Assembly (NCBI GenBank): GCA_036679645.1
Contig: JAZDCY010000038.1
Span: 1 to 34,757, forward strand
DNA from: Gemmatimonadota bacterium
Lineage (GTDB): Bacteria > Gemmatimonadota > Gemmatimonadetes > Gemmatimonadales > GWC2-71-9
DNA length: 34,757 bases
Direction of reading: 5' to 3'
Part shown: positions 8,449 through 18,593 of the stretch, piece after piece
Position numbering within the stretch: position 1 is the stretch's first letter
Layout: every line of letters begins with the position of its first letter
Notes under the pieces: model-generated
Databases searched by the model: none
What the model was told of the DNA's origin: nothing
What the model saw: only the letters and a program-made list of their open reading frames with translations
Made by a program: the position numbers and the translations under genes

Positions 8449-9444
8449 TCATGCCCCCGCCCCCGGCGCTGCCATATCGGCCTCGGTGTGCTGCGTCATG
8501 TGACTCTCGGACGCTCGGAGTGCCACGAGGATCGCGTTCTTGAACGCGTTGGCCGGCGACCGGCCATGGCAGATGATCGACACACCTCGCACGCCCAGCA
8601 GCGGCGCGCCGCCATAGTTCGAGTAGTCGAGCATCTCGAAGATCTCGAGCATCCCGGGAGACTCGATCGCCTCGGCATCGAGCGTGCGGCGCAACAGCTT
8701 GCTGATCAGACGGCCCACCGATTCGTAGAACTTGAGCACCACGTTGCCTACGAACCCGTCACACGCCACCACATCCAGCTCGCCGCTCACGATGTCCTGG
8801 CCCTCGACGTTCCCCACGAAATCGAAGTCGAGCGTCTCACCCTTGAGCAACTGGTGGGCTTCCTTCACGGAGGCGCTGCCCTTGGCCTCTTCTTCGCCGA
8901 TGTTCAACACCCCCACTTTCGGCCGGTCGCGGCCGAGCACGTCGCGCGCGTAAATCGCCCCCAAATGCGCAAACCCGCGCAACTCGCGCGGGCTGCAATC
9001 GATGCTGGCCCCGGCATCGAGCACAAGCACAAGCTTGCCACTGGTCGGGAGAACCGTGCCAATGGCCGCGCGCGCCACCCCGTGGTGCAGACCGAGGAGC
9101 ATCGTGCTCGCGGCCAGCACCGCTCCGGTATTGCCTGCCGAAATGAACGCGTCGGCCCTACCCTCCTTCTGCATGCGGAGACCGACAACGATGGACGACT
9201 TCCTTTTCGTACGTACTGCCTGCAGTGGTTGCTCGTGCGGCTCGATCACTTCCGGTGCCTCGACCACCTTGATCTGATCGGGCACGTCTTCATGTTCCGC
9301 GAGCGCCGCCTCTATCTCGGCGGTTCTACCAACCAACAGGATGTTGCAGGACGCCGGCATGTCGGCGAGCGCGTCCAGCGCGCCTTGGACCAGAGCCTGA
9401 GGAGCGAAGTCGCCCCCCATGGCGTCCAGCGCAATGCGCGTCAA
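8449..9444 (-). CDS. plsX: Phosphate acyltransferase
   Basis: RIALDAMGGD, SAGNTGA, LNIGEEEAKG, DGFVGNVVLK, GGAPLLG, HGRS; TTG start 2 bp after the rpmF stop. Confidence 0.96.
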   Translation of the reverse strand: MTRIALDAMGGDFAPQALVQGALDALADMPASCNILLVGRTAEIEAALAEHEDVPDQIKVVEAPEVIEPHEQPLQAVRTKRKSSIVVGLRMQKEGRADAFISAGNTGAVLAASTMLLGLHHGVARAAIGTVLPTSGKLVLVLDAGASIDCSPRELRGFAHLGAIYARDVLGRDRPKVGVLNIGEEEAKGSASVKEAHQLLKGETLDFDFVGNVEGQDIVSGELDVVACDGFVGNVVLKFYESVGRLISKLLRRTLDAEAIESPGMLEIFEMLDYSNYGGAPLLGVRGVSIICHGRSPANAFKNAILVALRASESHMTQHTEADMAAPGAGA

Positions 9445-9446
9445 CG

Positions 9447-9632
9447 TCAGACGTCCTCTGCCACCGTCACCCGCTGCCGCCCAGCATAAAAGCCACATGT
9501 GGGGCAGACGTGGTGAGGACGCTTGGGATCCCCACAGCGCGGGCACGCCTGCAACGCAATGACGGGCGCCTTGTCATGGGTGCGCCGCTTCCGCTTCCGT
9601 GTCTTCGAGTGTCTTCGTCTGGGTACTGCCAT
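9447..9632 (-). CDS. rpmF: 50S ribosomal protein L32 (Zn-ribbon form)
   Basis: MAVPRRRHSKTRKRKRRTH...CPRC...HHVCPTCGFY; GAGG RBS. Confidence 0.97.
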   Translation of the reverse strand: MAVPRRRHSKTRKRKRRTHDKAPVIALQACPRCGDPKRPHHVCPTCGFYAGRQRVTVAEDV

Positions 9633-9688
9633 CTCTACCTCGTGAGTGCGTATGCCATCGTCACCAATTAACCGCAGGAGCGCCTGCA

Positions 9689-10189
9689 TCACGTCCGGGC
9701 GTCCAACCCCTCCAACGCCTTCCACCGCGGGTCGCGTTCCGCCGCACACGTGCACGCACCCGCGTTCAGGTCCTTGCCACACCGGGAGCACAACCCCGGA
9801 CAATCATCGCGGCATAGCGGATATCTTGGGGCGGCGAGGATCAACTCCTCCCGCACCGGGACCGTCAGATCGAGCTCGCACGCGTCGGCCGGAAGCGGAT
9901 ACACCGATGGATCGTCGAGCTCTTGATCGTCCGTGAAGACCAGCCAGATCTCCTGGTCGATGTCAACATCCAGCACCCGCAAGCAGCGTCGACATTGGGC
10001 CTGGAGACGCGCCTTCAGCCGGGCGTTCCAATAGTAACTTCCCCGGCCACTGGCCATCAGCCGACCCGTCACCCGCACCGGCGTCTCGAGCGAAAAGTCG
10101 AGCCCGTCGAAAACCTCGGCCTCCGCCGGGACCTCACCAACCGTCTTGACCGCCCCACCGGAAAGCCTGCCCAGATCCACGCGCAACAT
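9689..10189 (-). CDS. yceD: DUF177/YceD family protein
   Basis: CRRCL, LDLTVPVREELIL, LCRDDCPGLCSRCG, DPRWKAL; canonical position before rpmF. Confidence 0.93.
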   Translation of the reverse strand: MLRVDLGRLSGGAVKTVGEVPAEAEVFDGLDFSLETPVRVTGRLMASGRGSYYWNARLKARLQAQCRRCLRVLDVDIDQEIWLVFTDDQELDDPSVYPLPADACELDLTVPVREELILAAPRYPLCRDDCPGLCSRCGKDLNAGACTCAAERDPRWKALEGLDART

Positions 10190-10197
10190 AGCCGTTA

Positions 10198-10226
10198 AAG
10201 CTAGTTGGGACGTGAACTTGGGTCAA
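10198..10226 (-). promoter_or_regulatory. sigma70-type promoter for yceD-rpmF-plsX-fab
   Basis: TTGACC-17 bp-TAGCTT in the 40-bp ndk/yceD gap, 8 nt before the yceD ATG. Confidence 0.7.
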
Positions 10227-10229
10227 TTA

Positions 10230-10655
10230 CTACCCCCACAACCCTTCCCGCTCCCCCTCCGCAAAGAAGAACCCGATCTCGCGCGCCGCGTTTTCGTCCG
10301 AATCGGAGGCGTGGATGGCGTTCCGCTCCTTCGACTCGGCATAGAGCTTCCGCACCGTTCCCTCCGCCGCCTCTGCTGGATCGGTCGCCCCGATGACCGC
10401 CCGCAACCTGGCCACGGCATCCTCCCGTTCGACGACCATCGGGACGCATGGCCCGGAGGTCATGAACACGACCAGCGAGCCATAGAATGGCCGCTCGCGG
10501 TGCACCGCATAGAAAGCCTCTGCCTCCGCCTGACTGAGCCGCACCATACGCACAGCCCGCAGCGCGAAACCGGCCGCTTCGAGATGGGCCAGGATGTTGC
10601 CGGCACGGCCGGTGGATACGGCGTCGGGTTTGATGATCGCGAGTGTTTGCGTCAT
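10230..10655 (-). CDS. ndk: Nucleoside diphosphate kinase
   Basis: [38 protein letters not shown]. Confidence 0.97.
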   Translation of the reverse strand: MTQTLAIIKPDAVSTGRAGNILAHLEAAGFALRAVRMVRLSQAEAEAFYAVHRERPFYGSLVVFMTSGPCVPMVVEREDAVARLRAVIGATDPAEAAEGTVRKLYAESKERNAIHASDSDENAAREIGFFFAEGEREGLWG

Positions 10656-11554
10656 GGTCCAAACAACCTCCTCACAATCCCTTCCCTCGTAAGCATCCCC
10701 ACCAACGCGCCTTCCCGCACCACGGGCAACCGCTCGAGCTTCTTGTCTATCATCAACTGGGCAACATCGCTAAGGGGCTGATCCTCGGAGAGACACAGCA
10801 CCGCGCGATCCATTATCTCGCGCGCGGGGACGGCCATGGGATCGTAATCGCCCTCTTCCGCCGCCTCGTCATCCCCCGGGAACTCACCGGTGGCACGCTT
10901 CACGTGCGCGGGTAAGAGGTGGCGCAGGAGTTCGCCGTAGCTGACCATCCCGAGTACCTCGTCGTCCTCGGAGATCACGGGCAAAGATGGCAGCCGGTGC
11001 CGCGCCATGAGGCTCGCCGCCTGGCCCACCGTCGTGGCCGGACCAGCGACTACCCGCGCGGGAGCGCAGACGTGCCGGACGAGCAACTGATCGGCGACGT
11101 CAACCGACTGCATCACGTCGAGCCCCAGCACGTCTTCCGGCGTCTCCGCTTCTTCCAACTTGGCCACGATCTCCTCGCGCCCCAGCACGCGCGCAAACGT
11201 TCCCACCGTACGCAGGTAGGCCGGCGTCGCCCGCGCCGGTGCCAGAATCAGCAGCACGACGCGTCCCTCTTTCTTGGGGTCGTGCTCCCGGTGCACGGGC
11301 TGCAGCGCAATGCCAAGCGCGACCGTAACGTCATCTACCGCATCTGTCCGGAAGTGCAACAGGAACGCGTGTTGTCCCAACGTGACGGCCTCGCTGGGGA
11401 GCGACTCGGCAAGCAGCGCGTCGAGCCGATCGGGGTCGACCGCGTGCCCCGACGCCACGATTGCATGCGCGAGTTCCTGTGCCGCCGCGCGCACGGTCTC
11501 GCCTCTTGCACCAATGACGATGCGATCCTTCGCCAGCAGCTCGCCGAGTTTCAC
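10652..11554 (-). CDS. PTS EIIA (Fru/Ntr-type)-like domain fused to a CBS pair
   Basis: N-terminus [12 protein letters not shown]...[24 protein letters not shown]...VVLLILAP...YLRTV resembles PTS_EIIA_2; C-terminal SLPVI..VLGMVS and RLPVV..LVGMLT are CBS motifs. Confidence 0.8.
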   Translation of the reverse strand: MKLGELLAKDRIVIGARGETVRAAAQELAHAIVASGHAVDPDRLDALLAESLPSEAVTLGQHAFLLHFRTDAVDDVTVALGIALQPVHREHDPKKEGRVVLLILAPARATPAYLRTVGTFARVLGREEIVAKLEEAETPEDVLGLDVMQSVDVADQLLVRHVCAPARVVAGPATTVGQAASLMARHRLPSLPVISEDDEVLGMVSYGELLRHLLPAHVKRATGEFPGDDEAAEEGDYDPMAVPAREIMDRAVLCLSEDQPLSDVAQLMIDKKLERLPVVREGALVGMLTREGIVRRLFGP

Positions 11555-11557
11555 CGC

Positions 11558-12427
11558 CTACATCCGCTCCCTTAGTAGCGGGACCACGTCGGCCGGGCGC
11601 TGCATCACGGCAATCCCCGCCGCGTCGAGCGCCGCCATCTTCTCCTCCGCCGTCCCGCTGGACCCCGAGATGATGGCACCGGCGTGCCCCATCCGCCTGC
11701 CGGGTGGCGCCGTCTGACCGGCAATGAAGCCCACGATCGGTTTCGTGACGTGCTCCGCCGCATAGGCCGCGGCATCCTGCTCGTCCGTTCCACCGATCTC
11801 ACCGATCATCACAATCGCCTCCGTGTCTCCATCCGCCTCGAACGCCGACAGGCAATCGATAAAGTTGGTGCCGATGATGGGGTCTCCGCCAATCCCAACG
11901 CAACTCGACTGGCCATAGCCGTTGGTGGAGAGCTGGTGAATGATCTCGTACGTGAGCGTGCCGCTGCGCGAGACCACACCAATGTTTCCCTCCCGGCAGA
12001 TCGGTCCCGGGATGATCCCGACCTTTGCCTGCCCGGGCGAAATCGCTCCCGGACAGTTGGCGCCAATGAGCCGCGCCCCCCGCTCGCGCAAGAACGGCAT
12101 CACGCGCGCCATGTCCTGGACCGGCAGGCCCTCCGTGATGCAAACGATGAGCTGGATTCCGGCATCGGCCGCCTCGAAAACGGCGTCCGCAGCGAATCGC
12201 GCGGGCACATAGATGACCGACGTGTTCGCATGCGTCTCGTCTACCGCAGCTTGCACCGTGTCGAACACGGGAACCGCGTCTTCGAACCGGAGGCCGCCTT
12301 TGCCCGGCGTGACACCAGCAACTACCTGCGTGCCGTACTCAATCATCTGCTTCGTGTGGAAGCTTCCGTCCCGGCCGGTGATGCCCTGGACTACCAGTCG
12401 AGTCCGGCTATCGATGAAGATGCTCAT
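11558..12427 (-). CDS. sucD: Succinyl-CoA synthetase alpha subunit
   Basis: [40 protein letters not shown] (phospho-His). Confidence 0.98.
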   Translation of the reverse strand: MSIFIDSRTRLVVQGITGRDGSFHTKQMIEYGTQVVAGVTPGKGGLRFEDAVPVFDTVQAAVDETHANTSVIYVPARFAADAVFEAADAGIQLIVCITEGLPVQDMARVMPFLRERGARLIGANCPGAISPGQAKVGIIPGPICREGNIGVVSRSGTLTYEIIHQLSTNGYGQSSCVGIGGDPIIGTNFIDCLSAFEADGDTEAIVMIGEIGGTDEQDAAAYAAEHVTKPIVGFIAGQTAPPGRRMGHAGAIISGSSGTAEEKMAALDAAGIAVMQRPADVVPLLRERM

Positions 12428-13581
12428 GCCGCCGTCCCCGCCCCCGCCCCCGCCCCGGCCAGCTTCACCGCTTCCTGCACCGCTTCGTCCATGTCGGTAA
12501 GCGCCTCGAAGCCGGCCTGCTTGAGAATGTCGAGCGCCAGCTCCTCGTTCGTCCCGGTCAGCCTGATCACGATCGGCACGTGGATCTGCGTCTGCTTGGT
12601 TGCGGCCACGATCCCGTTCGCCACATCGTCGCAGCGCGTGATCCCGCCAAAGATATTGAACAGGATTGATTTGACGTTAGCATCGCTCGTGATGATCTCG
12701 AGCGCGGTGATGACTTTCTCGGGATTGCTGCTGCCGCCAATGTCGAGAAAGTTGGCCGGCTCGCCACCATAGTACTTGACCAGATCCATCGTCGCCATCG
12801 CGAGGCCAGCACCATTGACGCAGCAACCCACGCTACCGTCGAGCTTGATGTACGACAGGCTCGCCTCGCGAGCCTTCACCTCGGCCGGATCCTCCGAGGA
12901 GGCATCTCGCAACGCGGCAATCTCGGGCCGGCGGCCCAGCTCGTTGTCATCCACTCCGATCTTCGCATCTAGGGCCACTACCATGCCGTCCGGCGTCGTC
13001 ACTAGAGGGTTGATCTCCGCCAGCGACGCACCCGCATTGCGAAAGGCCACGTACAGCTTCTCCATGATCGACGCCGCCTGCCGCACCAGTTTCACGTCGT
13101 CATAGAGCGAAAACGCCAGGGACATGGCCTGGTGCGGCAACAGCCCGTACCGCGGATCCACACCTGCCTTGAAGATCTTCTCAGGCGTCTGGGCCGCGAC
13201 CTCTTCGATGTCGACCCCGCCGGCCGGACTCACCATGAACACGGGGCGCTGGGTCGCGCGATCCATGATGACGCCGACGTAACTCTCGCTGGCGATGTCG
13301 GCCGTCGGCACGACGAGCACCTTCTCGACGACCAATCCCTTGATGGTCATGCCGAGAATCGCTTCGGCGTGCGTGCGAGCCTCTGCCGCGTCCGCAGCCA
13401 GCTTCACGCCACCCGCCTTGCCGCGACCGCCGGTGTGCACCTGCGCCTTCACCACGACACCGCCACCGATGCGCCGCGCGATCGCCTCGGCTTCGTCCGG
13501 CGTGCCGGCGACGTCGCCGTCGGGAACGGGAATGCCGGCATCTTTCAGTAACGCGCGGGCCTGATATTCGTGCAAGTTCAC
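12424..13581 (-). CDS. sucC: Succinyl-CoA synthetase beta subunit
   Basis: [51 protein letters not shown] start after GAGGAG. Confidence 0.98.
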   Translation of the reverse strand: MNLHEYQARALLKDAGIPVPDGDVAGTPDEAEAIARRIGGGVVVKAQVHTGGRGKAGGVKLAADAAEARTHAEAILGMTIKGLVVEKVLVVPTADIASESYVGVIMDRATQRPVFMVSPAGGVDIEEVAAQTPEKIFKAGVDPRYGLLPHQAMSLAFSLYDDVKLVRQAASIMEKLYVAFRNAGASLAEINPLVTTPDGMVVALDAKIGVDDNELGRRPEIAALRDASSEDPAEVKAREASLSYIKLDGSVGCCVNGAGLAMATMDLVKYYGGEPANFLDIGGSSNPEKVITALEIITSDANVKSILFNIFGGITRCDDVANGIVAATKQTQIHVPIVIRLTGTNEELALDILKQAGFEALTDMDEAVQEAVKLAGAGAGAGTAA

Positions 13582-13602
13582 TATGCGTAGTCTCCTCGAT
13601 AT

Positions 13603-13693
13603 GAGATTAGAGATCGGAGATCGGAGATTGGAGTTGGCGATTGGCGATTGGCGAATCGCCAATCTGTAATCTCCAATCCTAATCGCCAATCAC
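13603..13693. repeat. Heptamer-repeat palindrome A
   Basis: GAGATTA GAGATCG GAGATCG GAGATTG GAGTTG GCGATTG GCGATTG GCGA-A-TCGC CAATCTG TAATCTC CAATCC TAATCGC CAATCAC. Confidence 0.9.
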
Positions 13694-14613
13694 AGTCGTT
13701 CCCGTCTCACCTCGAAGCGCAGCCGGCCCCTCCCGCAACGCGGCGATCACCGCCCGCTGCCCGCCACGGCGTACGAAATCGACGGCGGCTGCTACCTTGG
13801 GCCGCATGCTCCCTGCCCCCAGACCGTCACCCTCGCGTCCGCTTGCTCGAGCGACAAGCGCCGCAGCACCGTCTGCACGGGCGTTCCCCAATCGCGATAC
13901 ACCGCATCGACGTTCGTCAGGATCAGCAAGGTATCGGCAGCTAGCCGGGCACCGATGATCGCAGCAACCCGATCCTTATCGACAACGCCATCGATCCCTT
14001 CCCACCCGTCGCGATGGCGGTGGACTGGCGTGCCACCGCCTCCCCCAGCAATAACGATCTTGCCGCGTTCGACCAACCGCCTCACGGCGTCCGCTTCGAC
14101 CACGTCCGTCGGGATGGGACTGGGCGCCAGGCGCCGCGCACCCTTCCGGCCATCGCGTACCGGCACACCGCGCGCACGATATCGGGCGGCCCTCTCAGGG
14201 GTCAGCACGTGCCCGATCGGCTTGACGGGAGCGAGCGCGTCCTCCCGGTCGATGTCCACAACCGCCTGCGTGATGACCGTGAGAACTTCCCGATCGATAC
14301 CCTCGCGGTGCAGCACATTTTGCAGCGACTGCTGGATCATGTAACCGATCCACCCCGCAGTGGACGCAACCAGTACACCAAGCGGAAGTGGCTCCACGCG
14401 ATCACCCGCCATCTCGTTCCGCTCGAGCGCGTCACCAACCTGCGGCCCGTTCCCGTGCACGATGGCGATATGCCACCCTTCGCGTGCCAGCTCGACCACG
14501 GCGGCTAACGACTCACGCGTGTGACGGAACTGATCGGCGATCGTGACGCGTTCGCCGGGAGGCTGCAGTGCATTACCTCCGAGTGCTACGACGATCGTGC
14601 CGGGCGGGCTCAC
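13679..14613 (-). pseudogene. arcC: Carbamate kinase, frameshifted near 13835
   Basis: [47 protein letters not shown] in one frame; [16 protein letters not shown]...GETGT in another; span 935 bp (3n+2). Confidence 0.85.
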
Positions 14614-14656
14614 AAGCGCTCGCAACCTATCGACGGCTGGAACAGGCGGCAACCTC

Positions 14657-17203
14657 TCATGGCGCCGAGTCTCCCCTTTGAATAAGGATCTGCCTGAGCG
14701 CGGCCCATGCCTCACCAAACGCCGTCCAATCAGCCGCTGCACGCGCCGCATCGAGTCGTTCAAACCACTCGCGTGCATCCGCCCAGCGACCGGGCGTCGC
14801 GTCCGGTGCCGGTCGCGCGACCTGCACTCGTCGCAACGCCGCCGGCAGCGTCGAGCCGTGCCCCACCGCACCACGCCACCCCACCGCCACCTCCGCCAGG
14901 CGCGGCGGGCCCCCGTTGGCATCCGGGCCGGCGTAGAACGCCTGCACGCCGATCGCACCATCCTCGAAGGCGGCAAGCTTGAGCGGACCGGGAATGGCCG
15001 CCTCCTCACTCACGCCACCCACGAACTCCTGTACTAATTCCGAGGGCCCGGGCAGCGTGAGCGGTTCGGGATATGCCGTCACCTGGAGCTGGGGTGCCCC
15101 ATCCACGACGGTCCCCTCCACGATGGCCGCGACCCGGGGCTCGAGCTGCACCTCCACCACCGCACGGAGACGCAGACGGGTGACGGAATCGGCCACCGCT
15201 GGTCCCACCCACCAGTACGGTTCCGGGACCCGGGCAACCCCACCTTCGTTACCGGGACGCCAGTCAGTGCGCCGCAACAGATCGAGCTGCGCGCGGAACA
15301 GTTCGTCGGGATACCGCAGCGCGCGCAGCACTGCCGGTGGCACGGCCGCGACCGGTTGCACGATATCCGACGCAAGCGTCGCCCACGCGCGTGACAGCGG
15401 ATCGGCGTCGGGCAACAGGTACACTGCCGTCTCACCCGACTGCGCATTGACGACACCCACGATGCCGGCGCGCAGGTATCGCACGACGCGACCGCGCCAC
15501 TCGACCGGCGCCGACAGCGGGTACGTCTCTGACGAGACGTAGCCGGCCGCCGCCCACAACAGCGTCCCGTCGGCAATCACCGGATACGCCGCGCCGAATC
15601 GTGCAAACGGGGCGTACCGAGCCAGCCGGCCCCCCACCGCGCGATCCGACAGCACCAGCGTCTCGGGACCGACATCGGCGGAGAGGGCGAGCGATGGGCT
15701 CTGCAGCACCCACGCCAGCACGACGCGGTGCAACAGCCCGCCCGCTCGCAGCGCGGCAAAGGGACCGTCCTCGGGGGAGGCGATGGCGAAATCTGTGGTC
15801 GCGGGTGCGAACCACACGTCACTGCGCTCGAGGGGCAGATCGACCCACTCGTCGATAGTGGAGTCGGGTTGCGTGAGATCGGGCACGAACTCGGGAAGAC
15901 GTTCGTCCGAGACGCGGCTCGCATGCACTGCCACGACACCCGACGCCCAAGCGTACGGCGCCCCGTGCCGGCGTTTCCAGCTCATGCCCCGCTCGCCCTC
16001 GGCGGCGGCGGCACGATTCACCTCGCGCACCGCGAGATAGAGTCCTACCGCTTCGTCCTCATCGCCGAACACACCCAGCGTGGCGTCGAAGAACCGATCG
16101 AACGACCGCGGCTGGGACACCTGATTGAGGATCATCGTGACCGCAAAGGCGTCCCACAGCGGCAGCCGCGCCAACTGCGATTCCCGACGCCGGATGAACT
16201 CGGGATCTGGAATGGCCAACGGTGCAGTCGCGGTATCGCTCGAGATCCCGTACGCGCCCCGGACGAAACGCACTACCCACGCATCGAGCGTCGAATCGGC
16301 GCGTTCCTCGACCGACCGTGACGCCGCCGTGAACGCGGGAGCGACGTAATGCCCCACAAACGACGCCAACGCCATGCTCACCCACGCCACCCCGATCAGG
16401 CTGAAGTGACCCACCCAAATCCAGATCGCCGAGGCGCCCGCCACGACGATCGCCACCCCACTCAGCACCCGCGACGCTGGTATCCGAATCTCGGTGAGGA
16501 TTGCATCGAACGGCACGCGCTCGATTCCCGATACGAACTCCGCCGGCTCCAGCCGGTAGCCCCAGAACAAGACGAGTGCGAAAGCGACGAAGAGCGCACC
16601 GACGTGCGTGCGCGCAATGTCCGTCACTTCGACGCGCGTCTTCGTCCAATGGATAGCCCCCACCGCCGTGTAGAGAAACAGCGTAACGGCAAGCATCATC
16701 CCGGCGAGCAACAGCGCAAAGCCATGAATGGTACGTTGCCACGGCAACTGGAAGAGATAGTACGCCGCGTCCCGATCGAGTACCGGATCGCGCAGGCCTA
16801 CCTGCTGGCGCGCATCGAGCAACGCGCGCAGGCTCCACCAATCCGCCGCACCGTAACTAACCGCAAAAGCGAGCACCAACCCCACGGTCACGGCACCGAC
16901 GAGCAGGTACCGGCGCGGGACCGTCTCTACGATTTCCAGATTCCCGAGGCGACGCGGCACCTGAACCGATCCGATGGACCGGTAGACGAGATAGAGATTC
17001 CCGATACACCACGCGGCGGCGGCCGTAAAGGCAAGAGCGGCCAGCATGACACTCAGATTCGCGATGGCCCGATGCGCATCCCCGACCCCGAGTGCATCGG
17101 CCCAGTGCACGTCGATCGTACGAACCGCGAGCCAGCGACCCAGCAGGAGAAAGACGACGGCGCTGACGAGCGCCACGCGGAGCCACCGCGCGGGGCGTAG
17201 CAT
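14657..17203 (-). CDS. UPF0182 family membrane protein
   Basis: Multi-TM N-terminal half with DPVLDRDAAYYLFQLP; LPLWD, YPVIADGTLLW..GY..SETYPLS, YLRAG, LRYPDELFRAQ, PEPYW, DWTAFGEAW. Confidence 0.85.
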   Translation of the reverse strand: MLRPARWLRVALVSAVVFLLLGRWLAVRTIDVHWADALGVGDAHRAIANLSVMLAALAFTAAAAWCIGNLYLVYRSIGSVQVPRRLGNLEIVETVPRRYLLVGAVTVGLVLAFAVSYGAADWWSLRALLDARQQVGLRDPVLDRDAAYYLFQLPWQRTIHGFALLLAGMMLAVTLFLYTAVGAIHWTKTRVEVTDIARTHVGALFVAFALVLFWGYRLEPAEFVSGIERVPFDAILTEIRIPASRVLSGVAIVVAGASAIWIWVGHFSLIGVAWVSMALASFVGHYVAPAFTAASRSVEERADSTLDAWVVRFVRGAYGISSDTATAPLAIPDPEFIRRRESQLARLPLWDAFAVTMILNQVSQPRSFDRFFDATLGVFGDEDEAVGLYLAVREVNRAAAAEGERGMSWKRRHGAPYAWASGVVAVHASRVSDERLPEFVPDLTQPDSTIDEWVDLPLERSDVWFAPATTDFAIASPEDGPFAALRAGGLLHRVVLAWVLQSPSLALSADVGPETLVLSDRAVGGRLARYAPFARFGAAYPVIADGTLLWAAAGYVSSETYPLSAPVEWRGRVVRYLRAGIVGVVNAQSGETAVYLLPDADPLSRAWATLASDIVQPVAAVPPAVLRALRYPDELFRAQLDLLRRTDWRPGNEGGVARVPEPYWWVGPAVADSVTRLRLRAVVEVQLEPRVAAIVEGTVVDGAPQLQVTAYPEPLTLPGPSELVQEFVGGVSEEAAIPGPLKLAAFEDGAIGVQAFYAGPDANGGPPRLAEVAVGWRGAVGHGSTLPAALRRVQVARPAPDATPGRWADAREWFERLDAARAAADWTAFGEAWAALRQILIQRGDSAP

Positions 17204-17207
17204 GCGC

Positions 17208-18584
17208 TTAAGCGTTGACGCCCTGCTCCCGCAGCCAGGTCACGACTTCGGCGCGATACTGTTCCACTAACGTGTCCGTTGCAGCCTCGAATCGCATGAC
17301 GAGCACCGGCTGCGTATTCGACGCCCGCAACAGACCCCACCCCCGATCGAACGTGATGCGCACACCGTCCAGCGTCAACGTCTCGTACCGGTCAGCGAAA
17401 TGCTCCGCGGCGCGGCCCACGATACCGAACTTTACATCGTCCGGACACGCGACCCGGATCTCGGGCGTGACCGACGTGCGCGGCAAATCTGCCAGCAGCG
17501 CCGACAACGGCCCCTCCTCCCGCGCCAAATAGTCCAGCAACCGCGCGGCCGCGAACAGTGCGTCATCGAACCCGTAGTAATCCCCGGCGAAGAACATGTG
17601 ACCACTCATCTCACCCGCCAACGGGGCGTCGAGTTCCCGCATCTTCGCCTTGATCAGCGAATGGCCCGTTTTCCAGATCACAGGTTCGAGACCAGCCGCG
17701 GCAAGCTGATCCCGCAGCACGTCGGAACACTTCACGTCGAAGATGACGGGATGGCCCGCGCCCATCCGATGCACTAGATCGCGGCCGAATAGCACCAGAA
17801 GCTGGTCGCCGAAGATCATCGTGCCGTTCTCATCTACTGCGCCGATGCGGTCACCGTCTCCGTCGAAAGCAATCCCCAACTCCGCCTCATGCCGGCGAAC
17901 GGCTTCCTGAAGATCGACGAGATTCTCAGGCACCGTCGGATCGGGATGGTGGTTCGGAAACATCCCATCCGATTCGCAATAGAGAGGAATGACCTCCGCA
18001 CCGATGCGTGTGAGCACGTCTTCCGCCGCCAGGCTAGCGACGCCGTTGCCGCAGTCCACCACGACACGAACCGAGCGCGCCAGCGGACCGTTGCGCGAGG
18101 CGATGGCATCCTCGTAGCGCCGCAGCATGCTGTCGTCGATGTCCAGCGTTCCGTTTTCCTCGCGATCGAGGACATCGGTCTCGATCATCTGCCGCAGGCG
18201 CTGGATGTCGTCACCGTAAACGATGTCGCCGGCCGCGACCATCTTGAATCCGTTGAACTCCGGCGGGTTGTGCGACCCCGTTACCTGCACACCGCCGTCT
18301 ACCGCCAACTCCTCGAGCGCCAGATAGAGCGCGGGCGTCGGCAGCACTCCGACGTCAACACCAACCCCACCAGCCATCGCAACGCCGTCCCGTACCGCAC
18401 GCGCCAACTGTTCGCCCGACGGCCGATTGTCACGGCCCACGGCCAGGCGCGGTGCGTGTCCCACCCGTTCACGGGTGAGCGTTGCCAGCGCGCGGCCGAT
18501 GGCGTGCGCCACCTCCGGTGTAAGCTCGTCGCCTACCACACCACGGATGTCGTATTGGCGGAAGATCGTTGGAGTGATGTGCAT
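17208..18584 (-). CDS. Phosphomannomutase/phosphoglucomutase
   Basis: IFRQYDIRG, VTGSHNP, FDGDGDR, GEMSGH, RASNTQP (AlgC-like). Confidence 0.96.
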   Translation of the reverse strand: MHITPTIFRQYDIRGVVGDELTPEVAHAIGRALATLTRERVGHAPRLAVGRDNRPSGEQLARAVRDGVAMAGGVGVDVGVLPTPALYLALEELAVDGGVQVTGSHNPPEFNGFKMVAAGDIVYGDDIQRLRQMIETDVLDREENGTLDIDDSMLRRYEDAIASRNGPLARSVRVVVDCGNGVASLAAEDVLTRIGAEVIPLYCESDGMFPNHHPDPTVPENLVDLQEAVRRHEAELGIAFDGDGDRIGAVDENGTMIFGDQLLVLFGRDLVHRMGAGHPVIFDVKCSDVLRDQLAAAGLEPVIWKTGHSLIKAKMRELDAPLAGEMSGHMFFAGDYYGFDDALFAAARLLDYLAREEGPLSALLADLPRTSVTPEIRVACPDDVKFGIVGRAAEHFADRYETLTLDGVRITFDRGWGLLRASNTQPVLVMRFEAATDTLVEQYRAEVVTWLREQGVNA

Positions 18585-18593
18585 AGAAGAGAC

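Noticed and set aside
7354..9489. Long plus-strand ORFs (711 aa here; also 24594-26351, 27647-29476, 11684-12772 and others)
   Set aside because: Antisense shadows of well-supported minus-strand genes, expected in high-GC DNA; no recognisable motifs
12430..12460. GCCCCC repeats at the sucC 3' end
   Set aside because: Encode a low-complexity AGAGAG tail in frame; no evidence of a separate element
13582..13689. 36-aa N-terminal extension of SucC in the ORF track
   Set aside because: Translation of the heptamer repeat; the GTG at 13581 has a GAGGAG RBS and gives the canonical MNLHEYQ start
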